Assembly: GCA_040380025.1 (NCBI GenBank)
Contig: JBEIJY010000027.1
Coordinates: forward strand, 1-38,383
DNA: 38,383 bases
DNA from: Bdellovibrionales bacterium
GTDB lineage: Bacteria; Bdellovibrionota; UBA1018; CAIMNF01
Direction of reading: 5' to 3'
A program made the position numbers and the translations under genes. Under the pieces are notes generated by a model. That model saw only the letters and a program-made list of their open reading frames with translations, was not told the DNA's origin and did not search any database. Every line of letters begins with the position of its first letter. Position 1 is the first letter of the stretch. Of this stretch, positions 19,301 through 27,923 are shown piece by piece.

Positions 19301-22300
19301 CCGTGCCCGTGTACCCGCTTGCGATGTTGTCTTGCGCATCCCGTGCGGTCACGGTGAAGTTCGTGTTGTCTCCGGCGATCACTTCCGAGGGGAGCGCCGT
19401 AAGAACAAGCTTCACCGCGCCCGACGCATCGACCGTCACTCCGCGCGTGGCTGAGAGGGTGCCATCCGAGGCCGTGATCGTGCGCGATCCGGCGGTCCGA
19501 AGGGTGAACGAGAATTGCTTGGAGCCGTCCTCGAGCGTGGAATCCTGCGGAAGTGTCGCCGCCGAATCCGAGGACGAGAATGCGATCGTGCCCGTGTAGG
19601 AGGGCACGAGGTTTCCGCTCGCATCGCGTGCGCTCAGGCTTCCGTTGAAGGAGGATCCTGCCGTGACGGTCCCGGGTACGCTACTCCAAACGAGCTGGGA
19701 TGCGGGTCCCGGATTCACCGTGACCTGGGTTTGAGACGAGATCAAAGCTCCTTCGCTCGAAGCGCGAAGGGTCACACTGCCGCTCCGGACACCCGTGAAG
19801 CTTGCCGTGAATGCGCCGTTTCCCTGGGCCGTGGCCGAAGAAATCTCTCCTGTTCCGGCCCCCGAACTCGCATGAAAGAGAATCTCCTGCGCGGCCGGCA
19901 CTCCCGAGGGATTGCTGTTTCCGTAGGCATCGCGAAGGGTGAGTGTGAGAGTCAGGGAGGATCCGGAGCTCACGCTCGCGGCCGAGGTCGAGATCTGGCT
20001 CTGACTGAGCGAGTAGGGTCCTGCGGTCACGGTGATGGTGCTTGAGGGAATGGAACGCGTGCCATCGCTTGCCGTGAAGGTACGGGCGCCCGTGGTTCGA
20101 AAGGTGATCGACACGGTTCCTTGTCCGTTCAAAAGAGGGCCCGAAGCAGGAAGCACTGCTTGTGGGTCATTCGAGCTGAACGAGACGGTGCCGGTGTATC
20201 CGCTTGCGGTGTTTCCTGCGGCATCTTTCGCGGTGACCGAGACGGTCACGGGTGTTCCGGCCGTGGCGGTTTCGGGCACTGAGCCGAGCACGAGGGAGGC
20301 GACCGCGCCTGCGCTCACCGTCACGGCAGTCGCCCCGGTGCTCAATGTGCCGTCTGAAGCCGAAAGGGTTCGGCTACCCGCGGTCTTCAGGGTGACCCAG
20401 AACTGTTTTGTTCCCTGCAAGAGGGCGCCCGATGCCGGCAGAACCGCCTCCGAATCGGACGAAGAGATCGAAACACTGCCGGAATATCCGGTTGCGATGT
20501 TTTGGTTCGAGTCGAGGGCCGTGATCGTAATCGCAAATGCCGATCCCGAAATAGCACTCGCGGGCGCGCCAGCCAAGGTGAGGCTTGTGGCGTTGCCCGG
20601 GTTCACGGTCACGGATGCTTGACTTGCGATCGAGGCCCCCGAAACTTGTGCGCCCACGGTCACCGTGCCGCTCCGGATTCCCGTGAAATCGGCCTGATAC
20701 ACACCCGAACCGTTCGTGCTCACCGCACCGAAACTTCCCGAGCCACCGACCATGCTTGCGCTGAATGCGATGGACTGGGCAGAAACGGTGTTCGAGGGGT
20801 TTTCATTCCCGAACGCATCTCGGAGCGTGAGGGTGACGGTGAGGCTTGCACCCGAGGTCACGGTGCTTGCCGAGACCCCGAGCACGCTCATGGCGGTCGA
20901 ATAAGTGGCCGGATTCACGGTGATTCCCGGGGAACTGACCGAACGGGTCCCATCGGTGGCGCTCAAGGTGCGAGATCCCGCGGTTTTCAGGGTCGCCGAA
21001 AAAACGCCCGTTCCTTGCGACAAAGTCACCGAGCCGGGCAAGACGGCGTTCGTGTCATTCGAACTGAGGCTGATCGTGCCCGAGTATCCCGTGGCGGTGT
21101 TCCCGGCGGTGTCCTTCGCAGTGATTCCGAATTGGAAGGCCGATCCGGCCGCGGCGGTGGCGGGAATGAGCGACAAGGCAAGAGAGCTCGCAGCCCCCGG
21201 GATCACGTTCACCGATGCGGTCATGGGAACGAGCTCCGAGCTCACCCGCGCTTCGATCACTGCCGTTCCCACGGTCTGTGCCGTGAAGGTTGCGGCATAG
21301 GCCCCGGTTCCGGTCGAACGGAGGTTCGTGATGGAACCCGAGCTCGCGGTGATGGCCACTTCGGTTGCGGCAGGCGCTCCCGACGGGCTTGTGTTCCCGA
21401 ATTGGTCTTTTAGCGTGAGGGTGATGGTGGTGGTCGATCCTGCTGTGAGCGTGCTCGAAGCCGCCTTGAGCTCGCTCTGACCGATCGCGTATGCGGCGGG
21501 AGCCACCGTGGTCGCAGAAGAGGTGACCGAGAGCGACCCATCGCTCGCAGTCAGTGTTCTTGACCCCGCCGTTTTGTAGGTCATCGAGAACGAATTTGTT
21601 CCGTCAGTGAGCGTCTGGCTTGCCGGCAAGACCGCTGAGGAATCGCTCGAAGAAACGCTCACGGTTCGTGTGTGATTCGGAACCGTGTTCCCGGAGGCAT
21701 CTTTCGCCGTCACCCCGAAGGCCCAGGATTCCCCCGCAATCACCGATGCCGGCACCGAATCGAGAACGAGGCTCTGTGCCGCACCCGGGATCACCGTGAT
21801 CGGGCTCGTGGTGGAACTCAAGGTTCCGTCGGTCACGGTGAGGGTGCGCGATCCGGCCGTGCGGAGCAGGATCGGAACCCGGGTGGTCCCGTCTTGCAGG
21901 GTGGTCGCTCCGGGGAGGGTGGCTTGCGCATCGCTCGAAGCGAAGCTCACCGATTCGGTGTACGAAGAGACAGTGTTTTCTTCGGCGTCTTTTGCCGTGA
22001 TCGAAATTTCTTGTTCATTCCCCGCGACCCAGGGGCTCGGAATCCCCGAAAACGAGAAATGAGTCACGGCTCCGGGCAGGATCGTGACCCGGACGGTATT
22101 CGAGAGTGCGCCTCCGCCCAGGGTTCCGCTCAATTCGGTGTTCCCGGCCTTCACCGGCTGAAACACGGCAGTGAACACGCCAGCCCCTTGGTCCGAAACC
22201 GCCTCGAAGGTGCCGGTTCCGCCCACCAGGGTCGAGAACAAGGCAATCGCGCCGGTGCCCGAGATTCCGGTCGGCGAGGTGTTCTCGAAGGCATCCCGCG

Positions 22301-24326
22301 CGGTGAGCGTCAGGGTCAGGGACTCATCGGCGGTCAGGGAGCTTGCCGAGCTCGCAAGCAAGGAGTGCGCAGGAGAAAACTCGGCGGGGGTCACTTGCAG
22401 GCCAGTGACCTCGCCTTGAACCGCTGGGTCTGACTGCACGGCGGCCGTGATCTTGAATTCCCCGGCTGTGCGAAGAACCGCATTCGGAGCGGTCACGATT
22501 CCGGCGTGGGTTCCCGAGAGGGTGAGCGGCCCCGGGAAGGTGGCGCGGGCGTCGTTCGATGAGATTTCGATCGAGCCCAGAAAATCCGTGACCCGGTTTT
22601 GCGAAGCATCGAGGACCTCGATCGTGAGCGTGTCGGAGGTACCGGCGACCCGTGTTTCGCGTGCGCCCGTGATGGCAAGGGATGCGGCGGGGCCGTTCTT
22701 GAAGAGTACGGACACATCAGGGAGCTCGAGCGGGCTCGTAAGAGAGATGACCTTTTGCTCGGCCTTCGTGGAGCGAAGGGCGCAGTTCGAGATTCCGGTG
22801 TCGTTTGTGGAAGTGCAGGCATCGATCTGATTTTTTGATTCGGTATCGGTTGCCACGAATGCGGGCGTCACACCCGGAATCGGATTCTCGGACACATCGA
22901 AAATTCCGATCCGGATCGCGAGGGAATCGACTCCGTTTGCGGTGACCGGTCCTTGCGCCTGCAAAAAGCTCTTCAACGCCGAGGGCGGGCCCGGTTTCAC
23001 GGTGATCGGATTCGAGCAGAGAACGGGAATGGGGTCGGCGGCATGGGCACCGATCCGGATCACCGTTGTTTTCGAGACCTGCGCACCTGTGAATTCGCTC
23101 TGTCCCTCGGTAGCGGGTCTCGGGTTCGCATTCGCATGGAAGGCTCCCGCGACCGGAACGGAGCAGGCGGCATCCGAATAGGCGTCGAGGGTGATGTCAT
23201 CGGAGAATCCGATCGCCCGGTTTCCGAAGGCATCCACCGCGGTCACTGCGGGAGCCTCTGGAAACACCTCGAGTGCGGTGATTTCAGAAGGGGGCGCCTT
23301 GGTGAATACGAGCGTTTGCGCGATCCCCGGAAGCACGGTGATGCTTACCGGTCCCGCGGTGAGTGTGCCATCCGAGGCGGTGACGCTCCGGACTCCGGCG
23401 GTGGCAAGTTTTGCCGCGGGATAAAGCACCTTTCCGCGGTCAAAGGGCGCCTCCACGGTCTGCGCGGGAGCGTTGGAGTCGCCCAAGTCAAGAAGAACCT
23501 GCGCACTGTGGCCGGTGGCCACGTTATCGAAGGCATCATAGGCTGTGATTTCGAGGGGGAACTCCTCGCCGGCGACCACGCTCAAGGGTTTCTGGGTGAA
23601 CGCAAGCCGGGTGGCGGGACCGGGAACAAACGAAATCACGGGTCGGGTTGCGAGGTCCACCCGATCATTGAGATCGCGAACGATGAGCACGGGATCTCCT
23701 GCTCTTGTGGATTTGACTCGAAACTGCGCCCTTCCGAGGGAGTCGGTGATGGCAATCGCCGGGCTGATCTCGTCGATCGATCCCCGGCTCGAGGTTGCTC
23801 CGACCCGTTCCCGGGTGATGGGATTCATGAACCGGTCCAGAAGAGTGACACTGATCAGCGCCGTGTCTTCGCCGTTCGCGACCAAAGGGTCCGATGGACT
23901 CTCGACCGTCGAAGCCGTCGGATCGGTGGTCATGACCTCGATCAAGAGGGTGGTCGAGGTGAATCCTTTCGGATTATTCGCATGGATCGTGTAGGGAGTC
24001 GGCGGAATCGCCTGGGTCGGAAGTCCTCCGAGAATTCCGGTCTTCACATCGAAGGTCAGGCCGGCCGGAAGTCGCGGGGCGATGGAGTAATTTCTCGGGG
24101 TGCCTTCCTCGAACTTCGGCTCGAGTGACTCGATCGGTACGCGCTTGGTGAGATTCAGGGTGGTGAGGCGGTAGCTCAGTCCGCGCACGGCAGGGTTCGA
24201 TTCCACCGTGGTGGAGAGTTCGCCGGGTTGGGGAGAAAGACACGAAGAGGATGCGAGAACAAAGAACAACAGCGCACCACGGGCGAAGAGCCCCGAAAGA
24301 ATCGTGGTATTGAGCCGGTTCCGCAT
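16338..24326 (-). CDS. Giant Ig-like repeat surface protein (invasin/Big/He_PIG-type), probable lipoprotein, with tandem C-terminal trypsin-like domains
   Basis: 2662 aa; signal LLFFVLASSSC; YSIAPRLPAGLTFD..TG.LGGLPT (He_PIG-like); about 22 S/T/A/G-rich repeats of roughly 95-105 aa with D..GN motifs; ATAAHC and HPSY..DVAL trypsin motifs; SD GAGG before ATG. Confidence 0.88.
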   Translation of the reverse strand: MRNRLNTTILSGLFARGALLFFVLASSSCLSPQPGELSTTVESNPAVRGLSYRLTTLNLTKRVPIESLEPKFEEGTPRNYSIAPRLPAGLTFDVKTGILGGLPTQAIPPTPYTIHANNPKGFTSTTLLIEVMTTDPTASTVESPSDPLVANGEDTALISVTLLDRFMNPITRERVGATSSRGSIDEISPAIAITDSLGRAQFRVKSTRAGDPVLIVRDLNDRVDLATRPVISFVPGPATRLAFTQKPLSVVAGEEFPLEITAYDAFDNVATGHSAQVLLDLGDSNAPAQTVEAPFDRGKVLYPAAKLATAGVRSVTASDGTLTAGPVSITVLPGIAQTLVFTKAPPSEITALEVFPEAPAVTAVDAFGNRAIGFSDDITLDAYSDAACSVPVAGAFHANANPRPATEGQSEFTGAQVSKTTVIRIGAHAADPIPVLCSNPITVKPGPPSALKSFLQAQGPVTANGVDSLAIRIGIFDVSENPIPGVTPAFVATDTESKNQIDACTSTNDTGISNCALRSTKAEQKVISLTSPLELPDVSVLFKNGPAASLAITGARETRVAGTSDTLTIEVLDASQNRVTDFLGSIEISSNDARATFPGPLTLSGTHAGIVTAPNAVLRTAGEFKITAAVQSDPAVQGEVTGLQVTPAEFSPAHSLLASSASSLTADESLTLTLTARDAFENTSPTGISGTGAIALFSTLVGGTGTFEAVSDQGAGVFTAVFQPVKAGNTELSGTLGGGALSNTVRVTILPGAVTHFSFSGIPSPWVAGNEQEISITAKDAEENTVSSYTESVSFASSDAQATLPGATTLQDGTTRVPILLRTAGSRTLTVTDGTLSSTTSPITVIPGAAQSLVLDSVPASVIAGESWAFGVTAKDASGNTVPNHTRTVSVSSSDSSAVLPASQTLTDGTNSFSMTYKTAGSRTLTASDGSLSVTSSATTVAPAAYAIGQSELKAASSTLTAGSTTTITLTLKDQFGNTSPSGAPAATEVAITASSGSITNLRSTGTGAYAATFTAQTVGTAVIEARVSSELVPMTASVNVIPGAASSLALSLIPATAAAGSAFQFGITAKDTAGNTATGYSGTISLSSNDTNAVLPGSVTLSQGTGVFSATLKTAGSRTLSATDGTRSVSSPGITVNPATYSTAMSVLGVSASTVTSGASLTVTLTLRDAFGNENPSNTVSAQSIAFSASMVGGSGSFGAVSTNGSGVYQADFTGIRSGTVTVGAQVSGASIASQASVTVNPGNATSLTLAGAPASAISGSAFAITITALDSNQNIATGYSGSVSISSSDSEAVLPASGALLQGTKQFWVTLKTAGSRTLSASDGTLSTGATAVTVSAGAVASLVLGSVPETATAGTPVTVSVTAKDAAGNTASGYTGTVSFSSNDPQAVLPASGPLLNGQGTVSITFRTTGARTFTASDGTRSIPSSTITVTAGPYSLSQSQISTSAASVSSGSSLTLTLTLRDAYGNSNPSGVPAAQEILFHASSGAGTGEISSATAQGNGAFTASFTGVRSGSVTLRASSEGALISSQTQVTVNPGPASQLVWSSVPGTVTAGSSFNGSLSARDASGNLVPSYTGTIAFSSSDSAATLPQDSTLEDGSKQFSFTLRTAGSRTITASDGTLSATRGVTVDASGAVKLVLTALPSEVIAGDNTNFTVTARDAQDNIASGYTGTVSFTSSDSEAVLPAQSLLILGVGQFTVSLRTAGARTLTAEDGTFSSTSNVTVKPGAYFGAQSVLTSASESVSAGSPVLLTLTLKDRFGNLNPTGVPAGSALEFLASTTAGTGTFGAVSGPVNGVAQVSFTGTTAGSTSVSVRTGGSAFGNTIDLTVNPGPIARLDLSPSSATATAGESVLFTITAFDAYQNQSRSSASVTLESTSGTFSQTSSFSDGTVGIPANLTASGSFTMRARSGGVTSPDASLTVNPDVPAQAQSFVSVASNTVTSGESVLVSITIRDRYGNAVPTGTVSASDLELQTSLVGGSGTFGAISETGTGVFSASFTGVRKGIAAISATLSGTALGTGATIEVGAAPADHLGITGVPARSTAGAVIRLSVEALDRNNNRVTSYSGTIQFETDDSRAEVPASSTLVSGLKSFDLTLKTAGTKTLTIRDGTLPDSTFSIGVDPGALSVITLSGAPASILPEVSFPLSVIVYDGFQNALDSATNSIEIQSTDATATLPSSPVLSAGSASLPITFRAEGSFVVQVTIAGVTASTSSITVDVPDPTIAASKALVQVMGPGNLRCTGVLLRVEGILLVATAAHCTGEGGASTLSVLHPDFGETPALSITRHPSYNAATGAWDVALMSISPQATANLNAIAYPSEKSTLRADETATLFGFAEGTAYTEITKLLPAVLLGTGARDSGLFSAFDAQTQLTGASRNAVNFGGAVLLQENSSFGTGFGVAGLASRTVPGKMLLLDLSSAPVVSWIENRARALSGEGLIPIVAVDSPAGLCAGAVVGAGDGRNFVVTTRDCVSGVNAADIRIRYNGIQTDGLVASPTIGIERTPASVTLHPDGDPIAVLVTGERNSNAFDLRLLTAPVDSSSEPLDFSSEGVMKSIGIRAVAGSDPRAYSGAVLGSQIQSFAAASGLWSPLFDPARMIGVSNPSPGCGTRQAVLFVDRSASNSAPRLLGMKFAESQGCTLDSNDLYFRFDSYSSFLSQF

Positions 24327-24367
24327 ACGTTCCTCTTCGGCGGACGGCGATGCCGCCTTGACTATTG

Positions 24368-24396
24368 ATTATAACTCCGCGGGCGCGGGTTCGGAA
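24368..24396 (-). promoter_or_regulatory. Putative sigma70 promoter for the giant surface protein gene
   Basis: Minus strand TTCCGA-N17-TATAAT (perfect -10) in an AT-rich patch about 40 nt upstream of the start. Confidence 0.55.
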
Positions 24397-24436
24397 CCGG
24401 TGTGCGAAACGACACGGGTCGGACGGGACACACCCC

Positions 24437-25159
24437 TCAGGCGGGGAGCCAGCTCTGTTCGCGGTATTCCGAGAAGATCGATTCCAGGACGGCTTTTGCC
24501 GCCTCGGAGTTCAGACGCCCGTTGAATCCGTGAACGATGTCTCCGGTCGGAATCGTGCGCTGAAAGCTCCTCGAGGTCTTTTCGGCCGCAAGGCCGGGCT
24601 TCAGGGCATTGATCACAGTGCGGTGAAAGAGCAGCTCGAGTTCGATGGAATCGTTCTCGGTTCGGATTCTCAAAAAAAGATGCGAAAGCGAGGCCCACTC
24701 CTTGGCGCCCGAAGGCTCGAATTTGAATTCCACCCGACCGGATTTGCCCATGGCGGTATTTTTCAATGCGAAACGGAAGTGTCCGGTCATCAGGTCGCAA
24801 ACATCCAGAAACACCGGATGCGGCGCGATCGAGAGCTTCAGGTTCGCAAGGGTCTCTTTCGCGCCCGGATTCCCGTACAAAAGGTACAAGCTTCCCGATT
24901 TGTCCGTGATTCTCGCGTTTCCGGCGAGCGTAAAAACCGTCTTGAAGCCGGGGCCATCGCCCTCGCGGGATTCCAGAATCTCGAATGAATCTTCGGATTT
25001 GGCGCGGATTTTTTTGTCCGTTCCTTCTGCGATCGCAACGAAAACCGGGGCCGCGCTCGCAGTCCCGATTTCGATGCTGAGGGAGTCCCCCTGATTCCAA
25101 CGTTCCCCTGCGACGGTGATCCGGTACTCTGTTCCGCCCTGAATCGAAAAGCCCTTCAT
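24437..25159 (-). CDS. Hypothetical protein, possibly a distant Spo0M/arrestin-like protein
   Basis: 240 aa, ATGA overlap with the DUF177 gene; beta-rich N-terminus; PHPVFLDV..FRF..EFKFEP..LELLFHR segment. Confidence 0.7.
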   Translation of the reverse strand: MKGFSIQGGTEYRITVAGERWNQGDSLSIEIGTASAAPVFVAIAEGTDKKIRAKSEDSFEILESREGDGPGFKTVFTLAGNARITDKSGSLYLLYGNPGAKETLANLKLSIAPHPVFLDVCDLMTGHFRFALKNTAMGKSGRVEFKFEPSGAKEWASLSHLFLRIRTENDSIELELLFHRTVINALKPGLAAEKTSRSFQRTIPTGDIVHGFNGRLNSEAAKAVLESIFSEYREQSWLPA

Positions 25160-25821
25160 CCGGATCCCTCACCCGCTTTTTTCTTCAGGTTCTTCAGCAC
25201 GGCAAAGGGATTCTCTTTCAGGGACTCCTGGGTGCCTGAAGAGAACGAGAGCTGGTTCCGGCCGCATTTCGTGCAGTCCCCTTTGGGGTCGCACGGGGGT
25301 TTGGGCTGCATGGGCAGGGTCAGGATGATCTGTTCCTGCAGAATCTCACGCAGGTCTGCGAGGGGCTCGCTCACGACGGTGACTTCGAAGTCCGAGGCGT
25401 GCAGGTTCATGGCCGGCGTGTCATCGTCCTCCTCTTCGTCGTCTTCCCAGCCCGCAGGCTCGTCGCCGGTTTCGAGCACGTTCTTCCGGGAGCTCTCGCG
25501 GGGAACTTCGGCGTACATCGGAGTCTGGGTCAGAAGCACATGAAAGCGCGTCTGGATCGGGAACTGGAACGGATCGGCGCAAAGGGAGCAGAGCAGATAC
25601 AGCTGGGTCTTCACCGAACCCGATACGTGGATCAGGTCATCGACGCGACGAAGAGTGAAACTCACCTCGGTCGGACGCGACCGGGGCTTCCAGTTCGGCG
25701 GCCTCTGGATCCGATCCACCCGCTCATCGAGCGAGCCGACCACCTCCATGATCCATGGGGTGCTCTCGTCGAAGCGGAGCTCGACGTCCTGTTCTTTGAT
25801 CTCGTGAAAATAAACCTTCAT
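25156..25821 (-). CDS. yceD: YceD/DUF177 family protein (23S rRNA accumulation factor)
   Basis: Start trimmed to MKVYFHEIKE; CSLC, EQIILTLPMQP, C..CTKCG, C-terminal NPFAVLKNLK. Confidence 0.88.
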   Translation of the reverse strand: MKVYFHEIKEQDVELRFDESTPWIMEVVGSLDERVDRIQRPPNWKPRSRPTEVSFTLRRVDDLIHVSGSVKTQLYLLCSLCADPFQFPIQTRFHVLLTQTPMYAEVPRESSRKNVLETGDEPAGWEDDEEEDDDTPAMNLHASDFEVTVVSEPLADLREILQEQIILTLPMQPKPPCDPKGDCTKCGRNQLSFSSGTQESLKENPFAVLKNLKKKAGEGSG

Positions 25822-25846
25822 CCGATCTGTTTTCAGGCTTTCTTCG

Positions 25847-25875
25847 TTGCTCTGCAAGCGCTATTTCGTTAGCAT
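25847..25875 (+). promoter_or_regulatory. Putative sigma70 promoter for the HAD hydrolase gene
   Basis: TTGCTC-N17-TAGCAT, 9 nt before ATG 25885. Confidence 0.4.
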
Positions 25876-25884
25876 CGCTCCGGT

Positions 25885-26760
25885 ATGCGGATCGTAATGG
25901 ATTTTGACGGGGTGTACACCGACCCGAGCCGCGAAGGCGAAGAGTGCTCCCGGTCTTTTCGGAATCAAATCATCACTTTGGCCTTGTCCGATGTCGGGCT
26001 CGGCACAGAGGAATCCGTCGATTCCTGGCTCGGGGAGCTCCGCGTGCGCGAGGCCCGTGAGCCCTTTCGCTTCGGCTGGAGAAGCGAAGGTAAAGTATCC
26101 GCGTTTACCTTCGAGGATCCGTTTCTTCGAAACATCGGTCTTGCCGATTATCTCGATCACCTTGTGGGCGCCGGGGATGAACGGGCAGTCCGGGTCCTTC
26201 GCGGACTCACCGCAAGGGACGGGGTGACCTCGTTCGGCGCACTCTCGGAATGGGCCTTTCATCAGCTGAAGGTAAAAAAGAAGCCTGATCCTTCCGCCAA
26301 GGCCTGGGTGGTCTCGGCCATCGAACGGGGACATGAGATTTTCATCGTTTCGAATTCCGCGACCGATAAGATCTGCGAATTCCTTGATCAGGCCGGATTT
26401 CCGGAGGATCGCAGGCCTTCTGTTCGCGGGGGCGCACGCAAGTTCGGACTCGGCAGGGACCCTCGGCACCTTGAAATCGGTGTGCACGGGAGTGCGCCGG
26501 TTTCGGTCGACACGGACCGTCCGTTGTACGAGACCGCGCTGCTTGAGCTCCAGCCGGATGCCGTGATCGGCGATGTGTTTTGTCTTGATCTCGCGCTTCC
26601 GGTGCGCCTGAAGCGCGAGAAAAAACTGAATTTCCACGGTGGTATCCACTATCGCCACCGGGATTACACGCCCTCGCCGATGCTCGGATTGATCGGCGGA
26701 AGAGGCTCCCGGATCCCCGAAGTCTCGATTCTTCGGGAGTGGGAACAGCTTGCTCTTTGA
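25885..26760 (+). CDS. HAD-superfamily hydrolase
   Basis: Motif I DFDGV, motif II VSNS, motif III K (ARKF), motif IV IGD...D. Confidence 0.82.
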   Translation: MRIVMDFDGVYTDPSREGEECSRSFRNQIITLALSDVGLGTEESVDSWLGELRVREAREPFRFGWRSEGKVSAFTFEDPFLRNIGLADYLDHLVGAGDERAVRVLRGLTARDGVTSFGALSEWAFHQLKVKKKPDPSAKAWVVSAIERGHEIFIVSNSATDKICEFLDQAGFPEDRRPSVRGGARKFGLGRDPRHLEIGVHGSAPVSVDTDRPLYETALLELQPDAVIGDVFCLDLALPVRLKREKKLNFHGGIHYRHRDYTPSPMLGLIGGRGSRIPEVSILREWEQLAL

Positions 26761-26797
26761 GCAAGGTTCGATTTGTGATAGGTCTTCCCCAAGGTTT

Positions 26798-26874
26798 GCG
26801 CCCGTAGCTCAGTTGGATAGAGCATCGCATTTCTAATGCGAGGGTCCCGTGTTCGAGTCGCGGCGGGCGCGCCA
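26798..26874 (+). tRNA. tRNA-Arg(TCT)
   Basis: 77-nt cloverleaf: GCGCCCG/CGGGCGC acceptor, GCTC/GAGC D-stem, TCGCA-TTTCTAA-TGCGA anticodon arm, TTCGAGT T-loop, encoded CCA. Confidence 0.97.
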
Positions 26875-26906
26875 AATCTTACCCGCTTCAGAATGGGGGT
26901 CCGAGG

Positions 26907-27923
26907 ATGTGGATGGTCCGGTTGTTCCTTGTTTTTGCGTTCGTGTCGGTCTTGGTTTCCGGGTCTGCCCGGGCTCAGGAAATCGCCGGACCCCGGGAAA
27001 TCTCGGTGATGACGTGCCGGGAGCCTGGGGATTGCCTGCGGCAGATCGAAGAAAAGGTGAGCGCGCTCATCGAGGCGCCATCGGCGGAAGATAACGAAAA
27101 AAAGGCAAAAAAAAGGCGGTTTTTCGTTCTCTGGGGGTACAATCGCACGTTTTTCGGTCCCACGAACTCGACCTTCGAGACTGCCGATGGAACTTTCACC
27201 ATCCATCGAAGTCAGGGTTTCGACCGTCCCACGCCGTTCGATCCCCTCGTGTATTTCGATCCGACCAAACTCAGCATTCCCCAATACAACATCACTGCGG
27301 GCTACATGTTCAGCCCCCGATTCGGAATCGAGATCGGGCAAGATCACATGAAGTGGGTGTTCGATCCGAACCGCCGCTATGAGATTTCAGGGGAGTACGG
27401 GCCCACGGTATTTGTCACCGATCCCGCGAATCCCGACGGACCGCCCTTGGCGCGGAGTTTCGATGAAATCAAGGAGTCGGGCGATGCGAGCTGGCTTCGC
27501 TTCGAGCACACGAACGGCTATAATTATGTGTTCCTCGGCATGGTCTACGAACAGCCGATTTACGAGACCCCGAACGGGAAATTCGAGGTCGCGGGGCGTT
27601 TCGGTGCGGGAGTGGGACTTTTCATCCCGCAGACGAGCGTTTTCATGCATCGGGATCAGGCGTGGAACTGGCAAGGATACGACAACCGCTTTCATGTCGC
27701 CGGCGGGGGAGGGCATGCCAGCGCGGCCCTGAAGCTCACCCTCTTCAAGCACCTGGTGTTGCTCGCATCCGCACGGGGCACGCTCATCGGAGTGACCGAT
27801 GCCTTGGTTGATGAATCAGGCGCGCGCCTGACCCAGTCCCCGATCCCTGCGATCGAGCTCATCGGTCAGATCGGGTATCAGGGTTCGATTTCGGGCAAGA
27901 AGTCGCGGGTCAGGCGACGGTGA
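26907..27923 (+). CDS. Exported hypothetical protein, probable outer-membrane beta-barrel
   Basis: Signal peptide ending SARA-Q; aromatic/Gly-rich alternating strands; motifs WGYNR, SIPQYN, DHMKW, FEHTNGYNY. Confidence 0.75.
   Translation: MWMVRLFLVFAFVSVLVSGSARAQEIAGPREISVMTCREPGDCLRQIEEKVSALIEAPSAEDNEKKAKKRRFFVLWGYNRTFFGPTNSTFETADGTFTIHRSQGFDRPTPFDPLVYFDPTKLSIPQYNITAGYMFSPRFGIEIGQDHMKWVFDPNRRYEISGEYGPTVFVTDPANPDGPPLARSFDEIKESGDASWLRFEHTNGYNYVFLGMVYEQPIYETPNGKFEVAGRFGAGVGLFIPQTSVFMHRDQAWNWQGYDNRFHVAGGGGHASAALKLTLFKHLVLLASARGTLIGVTDALVDESGARLTQSPIPAIELIGQIGYQGSISGKKSRVRRR

Noticed and set aside
20560..20571. 12-bp match (GCGGGCGCGCCA) to the 3' end of tRNA-Arg(TCT) as a possible att repeat
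   Set aside because: Short, GC-rich, inside an intact CDS and upstream of the tRNA; likely chance.
17660..23600. Repetitive DNA as a CRISPR array or tandem nucleotide repeat
   Set aside because: The similarity is degenerate, in frame and explained by protein Ig-domain repeats; there are no identical repeats with spacers.
26342..26875. 177-aa minus-strand ORF beginning MARPPRLEHGTLALEMRCSIQLSY
   Set aside because: It is the antisense translation of tRNA-Arg(TCT) and the HAD gene.
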